Positions 1 to 9,321 of a stretch of 64,000 nucleotides of DNA are shown here, in pieces. This DNA comes from a virus (Duplodnaviria; Heunggongvirae; Uroviricota; Caudoviricetes): positions 1-64,000 of the IMG/VR virus record IMGVR_UViG_3300011614_000002, one strand, 5' to 3'. A model generated the notes under the pieces. That model had not been told where the DNA came from and did not search any database. It was given only the letters and a program-made list of their open reading frames with translations. The position numbers and the translations under genes were made by a program. The number at the start of each line of letters is the position of its first letter. Within the stretch, counting starts at the first letter, position 1.

Positions 1-1
1 G

Positions 2-2683
2 GTGTTTGGCTGCAATCGTCGCTACGGTGAAGAGAAATTTAGTTGGACTGACAAGTCCCGCCGCAAGTCGCTGTCGCCTGAAGAAAAGCGCGAGTACGCC
101 CGCCGCATGCGCGAGCAGGAAGAGCAGCGCATTGCCGATCAGAACCGACGCCAGGCGGATGCCCAGCGGCGAGCCCAGGCCATCTGGGACGCCGCGCAGC
201 CTGAGGCCGCCGACAGCGACCACCCCTATCTGGTCGACAAGCAGGTCCAGGCACTGGGCCTTCGCCGCGGCCGCTGGGAGTACGTGAACGAAGAGACCGG
301 CGAGGTCAGTGTTGTCTCCGACAATGCGCTGCTGGTGCCCTTTCGCGATCGCACCGGCCAGCTTCACAGCCTGCAGGGGATCTTCCCCAACATTCAGAAC
401 TTCCTGAAGCGTAACAAGGACTACCTGAAGAACGGGGCCAAGCAGGGTTTCTTTCATGCCCTGGGCAAGCCGCGGGCGCATGAGGGCCAGCCGGTCTTCA
501 TCATCTGCGAAGGCTACGCCACCGGCGCCAGCATCCACATGGCCACCGGCCATTGCGTTCTGGTGACCTTCGACAGCGGCAACCTGCGGCCTGTGGCGGA
601 GGCCGTGCGGGCCGGCAAGGCTGAAGCCCACATCATCATCGCCGCGGACAACGACCAGTGGACCCTGCAGCCGGTACCCAACCCGGGCCTGGCCAAGGGC
701 ACCGCCGCGGCGCGAGCGGCCGGCGGCATGCTGGTCTACCCGCCCTTCGCGGATACCTTGGGCATCGAGTCGATTGAAGGCGGCAAGGTCAAGGTGAAAG
801 GGCCGACCGACTTCAACGATTGGCACCAGGCCTATGGCCTGCAGGACGTTGCCGACCTGGTGATGGGCGCGCTTCAATCAGCCCCGCTGATCGAGGACGC
901 TTTCGATGATGCGTTCGGTGACGCCGAGCCGGTAACTCAGGTGCAGGCACTGGCAGTTACCGAGCCCGCTCCTGCCGATCTGCCGTCGGTCCCGCCCTCG
1001 TTTCCATCTGGGGACGACGACGATGACGGCGGCGTCTACGACGATGAGACGCTGCTCAAGAACAAGCACTTCACGGTGCTGGGGTACGACCAGGGCGACT
1101 ACTACCTGTTCAACCATGCCAAGGGCCAGGTCTGCTCCCTACGCAAGGGCGACTGTAACGTTCTCGGTCTGATCGAGCATGCACCGCTGAACTGGTGGGA
1201 AGAGCACTTCGTAGCCTCCGGCAATGCCAAATTCGACCATGTGATGGCCGCTGAATGGCTGTTCCATCAAGCGCACGCCCGCGGCATCTACGATCCGACG
1301 CGCATCCGTGGGCGGGGCGCGTGGAAGGACAATGGCCGGGCGATCTACCACCACGGCCCCTACCTGACCGTCGACGGCGAGCGCTGCGAGCTCACCAAGC
1401 TGGAATCCGGCTACGTCTACACACGTGCGCGCTCGCTGCCCATGCCGCACGACAGCATGCTGACCAAGGAAGAGGGCGCGCACCTGGTCGAGATCGCCAG
1501 CCTGCCGCGCTGGACCATGCCTGGCTCGGCCGCACTGATGTCCGGCTGGGTGATGCTGGCGCCGATCTGCGGCTCCCTGGACTGGCGTTCCCACATCTGG
1601 CTGACCGGGGGCGCCGGCTCCGGCAAGACCACCCTGCAGAAGCTGTTCTGCGGCGGCCTGACCCGCGGGACCATGATCTATGCCCAGGGCAACAGTACCG
1701 AGGCGGGCATTCGCCAGGAGCTGAAGGGCGACGCGCTGCCGGTGATGATCGATGAGTTCGAGTCGAACAACGAGCGTGAGCGTCAGCGCGTCGAGAACAT
1801 CATGTCGCTGATCCGCCAGACCTCCAGCGAGACCCAGGCCAAGACCCTGAAGGGCACCGTCACCGGTGACGGCATGCGCTTCGACATCCGCTCCATGTTC
1901 TGCCTGGCGTCCATCAACACCAACCTGCCGACCAAGGCGGACGTCGACCGTCTGACCATCCTGCGCCTGCGGTCCGGCCCCAGCTCATCTGCCGTGGACC
2001 ACTGGGACCAGCTGGAAGCCGAGCTGAATAGGATCGATCAGGATCCGCTGATTGCGCAGCGCCTGCTGGCCCGGGCACTGACCCTGATGCCGGTGATTCT
2101 GGAGTCGGTCAAGGTCTTCCGCCGGGTCGCGGCGCGCTTCTTTGATCGCCAGCGCGACGGTGACCAGTTCGGTACCCTGCTGGCCGGTTGCTGGTGCCTG
2201 CAGAAGGACCATGTGCCGACCGACGCGGAAGCGATGGTCCTGATCAAGGGCTATGACTGGTCCGAGCACCGCGAAGACCACGACGAGGACGAAGCGGAGA
2301 AGGCACTGGCGGCGCTGCTGAACGCCAAGGTGCGCATGGGCGGTGGCCTGTCCGACCAGACCGTCTTCGAGCTGATCCGCGAGAGTAGCGCCCTGCACCG
2401 CAAGAACACTGTGGATCCGGTCTTGGCTGAAGACCAGCTGCGCAAGCACGGCATCATCGCGGACCACAAGCAGAAGCGCCTGACATTCGGTACCGGCGTG
2501 CCCAACCTGAAGGCCCTTGCCGAAGGAATGACAGCGATCACCGACATCCGCGGTCAGCTGATGCGAATCGCGGGTGCGGCCAAAGGCGACAAGACGGTGT
2601 CCTTTAACGGCTCCAAGTCCAAGGTGGTCAGCGTGCCGCTGGCGCCGATCCTGGGCGATGACCCCGAGGAACCGCAGTTCTGA
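2..2683 (+). CDS. DNA primase/helicase, Toprim-type primase domain fused to P4-family (D5-like) P-loop NTPase; 5' end truncated by window edge
   Basis: The ORF runs to the window edge. Toprim-like acidic motifs are present (FIICEGYATGAS, IIAADNDQ). Walker A is LTGGAGSGKTT and a Walker B-like motif is VMIDEFES. The Toprim plus C-terminal NTPase architecture is typical of phage/plasmid P4-type primases. Confidence 0.85.
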   Translation: MFGCNRRYGEEKFSWTDKSRRKSLSPEEKREYARRMREQEEQRIADQNRRQADAQRRAQAIWDAAQPEAADSDHPYLVDKQVQALGLRRGRWEYVNEETGEVSVVSDNALLVPFRDRTGQLHSLQGIFPNIQNFLKRNKDYLKNGAKQGFFHALGKPRAHEGQPVFIICEGYATGASIHMATGHCVLVTFDSGNLRPVAEAVRAGKAEAHIIIAADNDQWTLQPVPNPGLAKGTAAARAAGGMLVYPPFADTLGIESIEGGKVKVKGPTDFNDWHQAYGLQDVADLVMGALQSAPLIEDAFDDAFGDAEPVTQVQALAVTEPAPADLPSVPPSFPSGDDDDDGGVYDDETLLKNKHFTVLGYDQGDYYLFNHAKGQVCSLRKGDCNVLGLIEHAPLNWWEEHFVASGNAKFDHVMAAEWLFHQAHARGIYDPTRIRGRGAWKDNGRAIYHHGPYLTVDGERCELTKLESGYVYTRARSLPMPHDSMLTKEEGAHLVEIASLPRWTMPGSAALMSGWVMLAPICGSLDWRSHIWLTGGAGSGKTTLQKLFCGGLTRGTMIYAQGNSTEAGIRQELKGDALPVMIDEFESNNERERQRVENIMSLIRQTSSETQAKTLKGTVTGDGMRFDIRSMFCLASINTNLPTKADVDRLTILRLRSGPSSSAVDHWDQLEAELNRIDQDPLIAQRLLARALTLMPVILESVKVFRRVAARFFDRQRDGDQFGTLLAGCWCLQKDHVPTDAEAMVLIKGYDWSEHREDHDEDEAEKALAALLNAKVRMGGGLSDQTVFELIRESSALHRKNTVDPVLAEDQLRKHGIIADHKQKRLTFGTGVPNLKALAEGMTAITDIRGQLMRIAGAAKGDKTVSFNGSKSKVVSVPLAPILGDDPEEPQF

Positions 2684-2687
2684 TGAC

Positions 2688-2713
2688 AAAGCCCGCGCAA
2701 GCGGGCTTTTTTC
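2688..2713 (+). terminator. Rho-independent terminator after the primase gene
   Basis: GC stem GCCCGC-GCAA-GCGGGC followed by TTTTTT, immediately after the stop at 2683. Confidence 0.8.
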
Positions 2714-2899
2714 ATTCCAGGTCTGGGCTCGGTTGTGGCGCTGGTGGCTTCACGCCCAAGCCGAAGTCGGCCCACAGCAGCTGCCTGGTGCGGCACACGC
2801 AGCATTCGCGGAATCCGTGGCTGATGTAGCGCACCCAGGCATGGGCGTCCTGGCAGGGCGTCGCCGGCGGCGGGGAGTCCCACAGCGGATCGTGCGGCC

Positions 2900-3226
2900 T
2901 CATCGACGCGGCCTCTTCTTGCTGGCCGGGCCTGCTGCCCACATCTCCCAGCTGAAGTCCGTATAGGTCGGGTGGTCGCGCAGCAGTGCCTCCAGTTCGT
3001 CGACTACGACCGCGCAGACCTCGCTGTAGCGCCCGAACGGCATGTTCACCGTGACCATCTCCACCGGCACCACATCAGGCTGGGCCGGGTCGATGGGCAA
3101 GAAGGCGCGCAATATGCCCTGCCAGGCGCGCTTGGCGTTCGTGTAGGTGCGCGGGCCTACGATCGCAGGCGTCCCAGTGCGGTGATGGCGGCTGTGCCGG
3201 TACTCGGCAACCTTGATCAGGGCCAT
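2900..3226 (-). CDS. hypothetical protein (108 aa)
   Basis: ORF with mixed amino-acid composition. Its start overlaps the stop of the upstream minus-strand ORF (TGATG coupling). Confidence 0.45.
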   Translation of the reverse strand: MALIKVAEYRHSRHHRTGTPAIVGPRTYTNAKRAWQGILRAFLPIDPAQPDVVPVEMVTVNMPFGRYSEVCAVVVDELEALLRDHPTYTDFSWEMWAAGPASKKRPRR

Positions 3227-3393
3227 CAGGCGGCAACCCCGGTGCTGGCCGCGGCCAGGTAGCGCTGCCAGATCACCTGCAGCGAGCGGTTGCTGTAGCG
3301 CCCTGCCTGGTTGCGGTGGAACAGCAAGGCAGAGCGGACAACGTGGCCGCGCCGGCGGCTGTAGTCGAGTTCGAATCTGTCACGGGTGGTCAT
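3226..3393 (-). CDS. hypothetical small protein (about 55 aa; start chosen at internal ATG)
   Basis: The track ORF 3226..3603 has a Pro/Arg-rich N-terminal part that overlaps the 3380..3697 ORF in another frame. The C-terminal 55 aa, starting MTTRDRFELDY, look protein-like. Confidence 0.3.
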   Translation of the reverse strand: MTTRDRFELDYSRRRGHVVRSALLFHRNQAGRYSNRSLQVIWQRYLAAASTGVAA

Positions 3394-3697
3394 CAGGGGT
3401 TCTCCTGGAAAGGGGCGGCATCCCCAGCAGCGTTTCCATCTGGCGCAGGGCGTTGCGTATGCGCTGCGGGCGGGTCGCGGCCACGCTCGCCTCTGCCCGC
3501 CGGCAGGCATCGTTGAACGCGCTGGCGGGTGGGGGCGGATCACCGGCAACCGGCTCGGCCGGGGCTTCTGCTGCAGCAGCGCGGCGCTCCAGCTGGGCGG
3601 CAAAGTCGATGTCCCAGCGGCGCGCGTCGGGGCTATCGGCCATCTGCGCGCGTGAACGGCACTCGGCGGCCAGCTGGCGCATTTCTGCGGGGGTCAT
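3380..3697 (-). CDS. hypothetical protein (105 aa)
   Basis: ORF on the same strand as the neighbouring operon. A reverse-orientation GTCACGAC motif lies about 36 bp upstream (3733-3740). Confidence 0.4.
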   Translation of the reverse strand: MTPAEMRQLAAECRSRAQMADSPDARRWDIDFAAQLERRAAAAEAPAEPVAGDPPPPASAFNDACRRAEASVAATRPQRIRNALRQMETLLGMPPLSRRTPDDHP

Positions 3698-3747
3698 GGG
3701 TGGTACCTGGCTTGGGGACGCCCATGCTCACGTCACGACTTCTGCGG

Positions 3748-3776
3748 GCACAAAAAAGGCCCCATCGGGGCCTTGG
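3748..3776 (-). terminator. Rho-independent terminator (minus strand) after gene 3790..4011
   Basis: The minus-strand reading gives hairpin GGCCCCGATGGGGCC followed by TTTTTTG. Confidence 0.6.
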
Positions 3777-3789
3777 CGGCGGGCTGCTG

Positions 3790-4011
3790 CTAGCTCAGCG
3801 GCACCGGCTGCATGCGCGTGGCGAAGTCCTGCGGGGTGCGAAACAGCAGCTCGCCGGTTTCGGTGTTGCGGTAGACGGTCACCACCAGGGCGCGGATGGG
3901 ACCTTCGCCCTGGCCCTGGGCGTTGCCGATGAGCTCGAAGGTGCCTGGCTTGCTGACGCAGGTATAGAGCATGGGGAGGATGGACTGGGCGAAGCTGGTT
4001 TCGGTGGTCAT
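3790..4011 (-). CDS. hypothetical small protein (73 aa)
   Basis: Internal ATG at 4011 is preceded by an AAGGAA Shine-Dalgarno. The upstream part of the track ORF is poorly protein-like. Confidence 0.4.
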   Translation of the reverse strand: MTTETSFAQSILPMLYTCVSKPGTFELIGNAQGQGEGPIRALVVTVYRNTETGELLFRTPQDFATRMQPVPLS

Positions 4012-4060
4012 GACTGATTCCTTCTGGGAGAGATGGCCGGGCAAATGCCCGGCCGGTTGG

Positions 4061-4300
4061 TCAGTGGGTGTAGAACCAGAGGGCAATCAGTAATACCACC
4101 CCAGTGACAATCAGCTCAGCCGGCCTGACAGCGTCGAGGTTTCTCACCATGCGTTCACCAAGTTGGTGGCGATAGTGGTTGTGCATTGCAATCTGCGCCG
4201 GGGTGGCGCGGGTAGCTTGGGGAAGGGCGGTGCGGAAAAATTTCACTGAGCTTTTCTCCGGGTTGGGGGTTGGCAAGACGGAGGATGCTCTATTGATCAA
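4061..4300 (-). CDS. small membrane protein (start uncertain)
   Basis: C-terminal hydrophobic helix LIVTGVVLLIALWFY. The annotated start abuts the 18-mer operator at 4294-4310. Confidence 0.3.
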   Translation of the reverse strand: MINRASSVLPTPNPEKSSVKFFRTALPQATRATPAQIAMHNHYRHQLGERMVRNLDAVRPAELIVTGVVLLIALWFYTH

Positions 4301-4310
4301 ATATGATCAA
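4294..4310. promoter_or_regulatory. operator-like site TGATCAAATATGATCAA (copy 1)
   Basis: Direct and inverted TGATCAA repeat separated by ATA. Near-identical copies occur at 8585, 8828 and 37575. Confidence 0.6.
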
Positions 4311-4612
4311 GTGAATTTATCTAATACGGTTCGTTTACGGAATCCAATCGGAGGCGTTCCGTTAATCAGATAGCGTGCTATTGGTTGAATTGATGCGTGT
4401 CGTGACGGAACTATGGTGTCAACGAAATGACCCGAAGTCCCGGTCCCTACCGGGGTTTGACGCGGAACTGCCGGTAACTGGCGATGGTTACCAACTTATT
4501 TACGCAAATTTTCTGGTCAAACGTCGCAGGGGGCATCATCTGATACCTATTCTGTGGTAAAAAACGCTTACTCAACTCTCCTTTCCGAGCTGTGGCGGCT
4601 CATCAGTGTTGA

Positions 4613-4656
4613 GAGAACCCCGGGTGCAGGGATGCACCCGGGGTTCTGCATTTCTA
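4613..4656. terminator. Strong hairpin, candidate bidirectional terminator
   Basis: Perfect 14-bp inverted repeat GAACCCCGGGTGCA-GGGA-TGCACCCGGGGTTC with T-rich flanks. It lies just downstream of the minus-strand gene that ends at 4684. Confidence 0.6.
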
Positions 4657-4683
4657 GGAGGCGGATTTGATAGCTGGCTCCTA

Positions 4684-5763
4684 TTACGAAACGGCGACAG
4701 CCCTGTATTTTTCGGTCTCCAGCTCACCTTTCAGGTACGGCCTGAGCTCTTCGCGCGTGTACTTGCCCGCATGGTTGCGCTCACCGGTATAGCCGCTGTA
4801 GTTGGCCCGGAAGAACAGGTCCTCCTTCTTGCTGTAGATCAGATACAGCGGCTCGCTCTTGGGGAATAGCACGTCGCGCAGCTGGGCGGCGCGTTCGAAG
4901 TTCATGGCGTCGACAGCCTTGGCCATCTCCCTTTCCAGGCGCGCGCGGCGTTCGCGCTGGTTGCGCTTTACTCGCAGGTCACCCGGGCTGCTGACATAGA
5001 CCTTGCTGTGCCAGACGTTGTAGAGGGCGCTGTAGCGGCCAGTGACGATCATCCAGTTGCCGCCCAGGCAGTAGAGCGCGGTACCGGTGACGATTCGGCC
5101 GCTGTAGTCCTGGGCGTAGACCTGCATGCCATCCTCAATCACCTGGCCATCACCGGACTGCTGGGCGTCATTGGTGTACTCGGCGCGACCCAGCGCGGGG
5201 CGATAGTGCCCGGACGTGCGCTGGCGCTCCTGCACCGCTTCCAGGGCCGTGATGCCGCCGGCGTGCGGGCCGACCGTGGGCGTCTTACCCTGCAGCTGGT
5301 ACCCAGCGAAGACGTTGCACAGGTAGGTGCTGATGCGGCGCCGCGTCCGCTCCATCTCCAGGCGCAGCAGGTAGGGCATGTGCTGCTCCTTGTCGCGCTG
5401 GAAGCGGCCCCCGTGGTCAGGGCGATCGGGCGCGTTCACGTTCTGGAACATCTCCAGCTCGATGCAGCGGCCAGAAATGTTGAGCCGGGCCTGCAGGTCG
5501 CCCTTGCGGCACGCCCGATAGTCCTTGGCGATCAGGGCGTAGTTGGCCTCCATCTCCGGATCCAAGGTGACGGTCCAGCCCAGGCGGTTCAGCGTCTGGA
5601 CCACGCGGGCGAACACGTCGGTCTTGAAGCGCTTCTTCCAGATGTCGCCGGCTGCACCGGCCGGGAGCCCTTCTTCGCTGATGTACAGGCTGGCGTCGCC
5701 CCAGCGGATAGTGCCCGCACGCTGGATCAGGGTCGGTGTGTGGTCTTGGTGGGTGGTGGTCAT
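4684..5763 (-). CDS. hypothetical protein with C-terminal UVR-like motif (359 aa)
   Basis: Long ORF. The segment AVDAMNFERAAQLRD resembles a UvrB/UvrC UVR helix. The start has a GGAG Shine-Dalgarno and an ATGA overlap with the upstream ORF. Confidence 0.6.
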   Translation of the reverse strand: MTTTHQDHTPTLIQRAGTIRWGDASLYISEEGLPAGAAGDIWKKRFKTDVFARVVQTLNRLGWTVTLDPEMEANYALIAKDYRACRKGDLQARLNISGRCIELEMFQNVNAPDRPDHGGRFQRDKEQHMPYLLRLEMERTRRRISTYLCNVFAGYQLQGKTPTVGPHAGGITALEAVQERQRTSGHYRPALGRAEYTNDAQQSGDGQVIEDGMQVYAQDYSGRIVTGTALYCLGGNWMIVTGRYSALYNVWHSKVYVSSPGDLRVKRNQRERRARLEREMAKAVDAMNFERAAQLRDVLFPKSEPLYLIYSKKEDLFFRANYSGYTGERNHAGKYTREELRPYLKGELETEKYRAVAVS

Positions 5764-6161
5764 TGTGCTGCTCCGATCTCGCTCATCATCTGGCCCACGA
5801 CATAACCGGTGGCCTCCAGATCGGCCTGTGCCTGGCGGCCGATGACGTCCAGCTGCTCGCTGGGCAGGGTGAAACTGCGGGTACCGACCCCGGGGCTGTG
5901 CCGCGGGATCTCGATCAGCACGCCGGCCTTGGCCAGGCGCGCCAGCGTGCGCAGATTGCGTGGGGTGTCCTCGCCCAGGCTGAAGGAAAAGATCCGCACG
6001 AAACGCCGGCGATCAGCGTCCCAGGCCAGGAGCTTTCGGCGTCCACCCACGTAGTTTTCCAGCAGCCAGGACTTGGCCGCCCGGTACAGTGCATCGCGGA
6101 TCTGCGGCGGCACAGTGGCGGGGACCGCGGGCGGCGCGTCCTGCAGCAGCCTAGGCACCAT
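5760..6161 (-). CDS. hypothetical protein (133 aa)
   Basis: ORF translationally coupled (ATGA) to the downstream gene. Confidence 0.5.
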   Translation of the reverse strand: MVPRLLQDAPPAVPATVPPQIRDALYRAAKSWLLENYVGGRRKLLAWDADRRRFVRIFSFSLGEDTPRNLRTLARLAKAGVLIEIPRHSPGVGTRSFTLPSEQLDVIGRQAQADLEATGYVVGQMMSEIGAAQ

Positions 6162-6729
6162 GGGTCACCTCCTGGGCCGGCGCGTTTGCAATTGATTGCA
6201 CGGGCGCGGCGCGGCCTTCCCATAGCGATCGCTGGCGCGCGTCCCGCTCGGCACGGTCCTTCTCCAGGTCGGCCAGCATGTCGGGTACCGCGCGCAGGAA
6301 GTCTGCAGGCGAGTGCAGCCGGCGCAGGCTGATGAAGTCGAAATCCGGCTCCCCATCCAGCTCGATGTCGACGACCTCCAGGTAGTGGTCGCGCACCAGG
6401 CGGCGCAGGGAGTCCCACGCGGTGCATTCCTCCCACTCGGGCTCCATGTAGCCTTCCAGCGCACCAACCATGGGTGTGCCTGGCCAGGGGTAGATGTAGC
6501 GTTCGCTCAGGTGCACGACGGCATCGCCCCGGCGCGTGCGGTGCTCGATGTCACCCTTCCAGCCGGTGAATTGGGAGCTTCGCGAACGCCTCCAGTGCTT
6601 GCGATCGAAGCCGATCAGGTCTGTGTAGCTGTCACCGTCACCGGCCAGGAATTGCGAGCGATCGTCGCCCAGGGCGTGCAGCAGGGGTGCGGCGCGCTTC
6701 GACAGTTTCTTCAGGATGCGCAGGTTCAT
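6151..6729 (-). CDS. hypothetical protein (192 aa)
   Basis: ORF in the same operon with a short overlap to its neighbours. Confidence 0.5.
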   Translation of the reverse strand: MNLRILKKLSKRAAPLLHALGDDRSQFLAGDGDSYTDLIGFDRKHWRRSRSSQFTGWKGDIEHRTRRGDAVVHLSERYIYPWPGTPMVGALEGYMEPEWEECTAWDSLRRLVRDHYLEVVDIELDGEPDFDFISLRRLHSPADFLRAVPDMLADLEKDRAERDARQRSLWEGRAAPVQSIANAPAQEVTHGA

Positions 6730-6932
6730 GGCGCCTCCTGAACGAAAGGGGCTTCAGCAGCACAGCGCTGCTCGTGCCACTCGTTCATCGCGGCCAATGC
6801 GCGCAAGCGATCCGCGCGGTTCAAGGTCTGGAAGCAGTGGTAGGTGACAGCCCACGACGGACCGTCAGCCTGCATGCGGGAGCGCTCGCCCCAGATGGTG
6901 GCCTTGCCGGTGTTGGGTGCGCGCTTAGCCAC
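6726..6932 (-). CDS. hypothetical small protein (68 aa)
   Basis: ATGA-coupled ORF. Confidence 0.4.
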   Translation of the reverse strand: MAKRAPNTGKATIWGERSRMQADGPSWAVTYHCFQTLNRADRLRALAAMNEWHEQRCAAEAPFVQEAP

Positions 6933-8040
6933 GGCTCACCTCCACGCCGCCCTGGGCGCGCATAGCGGCGGCAGGCGGGGCTGTGTACCCACTGTGGGCG
7001 TCGGCGTTGTAGGCCAAGATGTCGGGCTCTTCTGCCAGCTCACCGATGATGTGGCGCACCTGGTCGGCTTCGTAGCGAACGCGGTCTGGGTATTCAGAGC
7101 GGGCAATGGTCAGGTGCGGACCATCCATCAAGCCGTCACCTTTGCGGTGAAGGATGGCGGTCCAGTTGGTCTTGCCGTTCGACTCAGGCATCGAGCCATA
7201 CCAGACGGTCAGCGCCAACGTCTCACCCGCTGCCACAGGCGGGGCGGTCCATAAGACGCGAACCGGCCACCCATGCCTCTTCTGATATTCGTAATACGCC
7301 TGCTTAGTTTCTATCCACTCGCCAGAAAGCCCCTTGTACTGATACACCAGCTCACCTGCAGCGGGCTGGGTGGCGAGGGCGGCGCGTAGACGGGCTATCT
7401 CGTCTGCCGCTTTGGTGACGGTCTCTTTATCCAGATGGTCCCAGCAATGGCTATTGCCGCGCTTGCCGTAGTTGAGCCCCATCGCACGCAGTCGCCATTC
7501 CATCGTGTCATCACCGGCATGCGCGCCCTGGGCTTCCTTCTCAGCCGTGCAGCCTGCGCACAATCCTGGTCCGCCGCACTTCATCACGACGCCATCGGCC
7601 CGCGGCGTTACATGTCCGTGTCCGGCCTCCTGCTGCTCGGCCTGGGCGTTGAACTCTTTCGCGTCGACTAGCTTCCTGGAGTAGTCCAGCAGTCGGCGCT
7701 CCCAGGGTTTCCCGACACCATCGTCATAGTTGAACAGGAAGCCGGCCACGATCCGGCGCATCTCCGCCAGCTGTGCCTGGGAGGATTGCAGCTCCGCGAG
7801 TACGGTGCGAAGCGTCGACTGAGTATGCTCTTGCCGGCTTCGGGCAGCATCCCGCTCCGCTTTCTCCCGCGCCAAGGCCGCACGCTGGGTCGTGTCGCGG
7901 GTGCGCAGGAATGCCTGAACGTTTTCGGGTGCGATATTGCTCAGCAGTGTTTCGAATTGCTCTTCGCTGATAGGTGCGGTGATCGTCATCGGTATCGTCT
8001 CGGTGTTCAACGGAACATGCCGGCGCGCAATGGCCGGCAT
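6925..8040 (-). CDS. hypothetical protein (371 aa, start uncertain)
   Basis: Long ORF with Cys cluster CGGPGLCAGC. No clean Shine-Dalgarno at either candidate start. Confidence 0.5.
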   Translation of the reverse strand: MPAIARRHVPLNTETIPMTITAPISEEQFETLLSNIAPENVQAFLRTRDTTQRAALAREKAERDAARSRQEHTQSTLRTVLAELQSSQAQLAEMRRIVAGFLFNYDDGVGKPWERRLLDYSRKLVDAKEFNAQAEQQEAGHGHVTPRADGVVMKCGGPGLCAGCTAEKEAQGAHAGDDTMEWRLRAMGLNYGKRGNSHCWDHLDKETVTKAADEIARLRAALATQPAAGELVYQYKGLSGEWIETKQAYYEYQKRHGWPVRVLWTAPPVAAGETLALTVWYGSMPESNGKTNWTAILHRKGDGLMDGPHLTIARSEYPDRVRYEADQVRHIIGELAEEPDILAYNADAHSGYTAPPAAAMRAQGGVEVSRG

Positions 8041-8057
8041 GGTGTTCTGCAGGGCGG

Positions 8058-8525
8058 TTACTCGGCGTCGGCGTTGTGCAGCTCTTCAGCTGCGCGCTTC
8101 AGGTCCAAGTGATCCCGCGGGCTTTGCAGGTCGTTGAACTGTCCCGTCACGACATACGCCGCGGCATCCACTCTCAAGGCGAAATTCTCAGCGGCGCGCT
8201 TTCGCTTGAAGCCATAGAGCTCTTCATCACCCGCGCGGCGCACGACACGCAGCTGACCGGTTTCATCGCGGCGCATGGCAACGTAGTAGGCAGGGTCGGG
8301 GGTGACGTCCTGATCGGGTAGATCCGCCGGCAAGCGCACCTCGGCCCAGCGATCGCCGCGCTCGATGACTGTGAGTAGGCCTTTGTCGGCCAGCGCGCGG
8401 ATCTCGGTGAACGTCTTGATCAGGCGATCGCCGCCGATCTGGACGGTCTTGCTCTGGCCTGGATTGGTGGACTGCTGGATTGAGCGCAGGATGCGCTGCT
8501 GCTTCTCGGTAAGCGATTTGCTCAT
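8058..8525 (-). CDS. LexA-N-terminal-like winged-helix DNA-binding protein, candidate phage repressor/regulator
   Basis: N-terminus LTEKQQRILRSIQ resembles the LexA DNA-binding domain. The gene sits directly next to the operator-rich control region. Confidence 0.5.
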   Translation of the reverse strand: MSKSLTEKQQRILRSIQQSTNPGQSKTVQIGGDRLIKTFTEIRALADKGLLTVIERGDRWAEVRLPADLPDQDVTPDPAYYVAMRRDETGQLRVVRRAGDEELYGFKRKRAAENFALRVDAAAYVVTGQFNDLQSPRDHLDLKRAAEELHNADAE

Positions 8526-8584
8526 TGGGTTGGCGCCCCTTGGAACGATTAAGCCGAATTGGCCTGATCATTCTAGGTTGCCTT

Positions 8585-8599
8585 ATCAAATATGATCAA
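8585..8599. promoter_or_regulatory. operator 18-mer TTATCAAATATGATCAAT (copy 2)
   Basis: Identical 18-mer to the copy at 37574-37591. Confidence 0.65.
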
Positions 8600-8669
8600 T
8601 ACGCTTGAGCAATTATGCCGGCTCGCTCAAATCGACCCGCGCGCCCGACTCGCCAGGGTGACCAGCCCC

Positions 8670-9170
8670 CAGTAACCGATTCGGGCAGGCACTCCCAATG
8701 CGTCGGTTGGGCTGCGGTAACCGAGGCCTAAAACAGCGCTGTAGTCAAGATGGGCGCGGGTTGTAGACGTGTCAGACCGGTGCCGGTTACCTGGCTGGTT
8801 ACTGCCCTGCAGCCGATCCCGGTAACCCTCAAATATGATCAACGCGCCTAGAGCCATCAGGGGTCGATGGGGCGAGTAACCGCATGGTAACCGGGCAGGT
8901 TTCCGACGAACGGCTAGAGCCATGCGGGGTCTTGCTCAATTCCGGTCAAAAGTAACCGGTAACCGGGAATCCCTAGACAGTAATAAGAAGGGATTGGGGC
9001 ATGTATAGAGTCAGCTCAGGTATGTGTGTGTTTATGTGGTTACTCTAGTTACTTCTTACTCATATTTGATAATAGATATAGATAGATAGAAGGGTTTAGC
9101 GGGATAGGTAGGGTAACCAAAAAGGTAACCAGGGCAGTAACTTAGGTAACCAGTAACCATGATGGCAGAC
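8670..9170. repeat. Array of about 14 direct (A/G)GTAACC repeats within an 800-bp non-coding region with an AT-rich core
   Basis: GGTAACC/AGTAACC recurs at about 8672, 8718, 8786(rc), 8798, 8823, 8876, 8886, 8958, 8965 and 9113-9160. The third and fourth 18-mer operator-like sites (8828-8842 and 9062-9073) are embedded in it. Confidence 0.7.
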
Positions 9171-9321
9171 GTACTGGCACCGGTCATCGGACAAACTATT
9201 AAGGCCCCCTTAACGATAGTTAAGAATCATCGTCACAAATGCTGAAAAGTTCCCCCCGACACTGAGGAACCCGTAAAATTCAACCTCGTTAGTAGGTAGT
9301 GATGCAGTTGGAGTCGGAGAC

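Noticed and set aside
3213-3932. Many long alternative-frame ORFs with Arg/Ala/Pro/Gly-rich translations. Examples: 3213..3932+, 15673..16572-, 33950..35176-, 36560..37531- and 60359..62410-.
   Set aside because: These are typical high-GC frame shadows overlapping better-supported genes. Their composition is not protein-like.
4330-4480. Possible tRNA gene in the AT-richer gap. A second candidate was considered at 10860-10950.
   Set aside because: No acceptor, D or T arm arrangement could be folded. The T-loop-like GGTTCG segment lacks complementary stems.
8627-8923. 98-aa minus-strand ORF inside the GGTAACC repeat region.
   Set aside because: It lies entirely within the repeat array and has low-complexity translation. 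The region is more likely regulatory.
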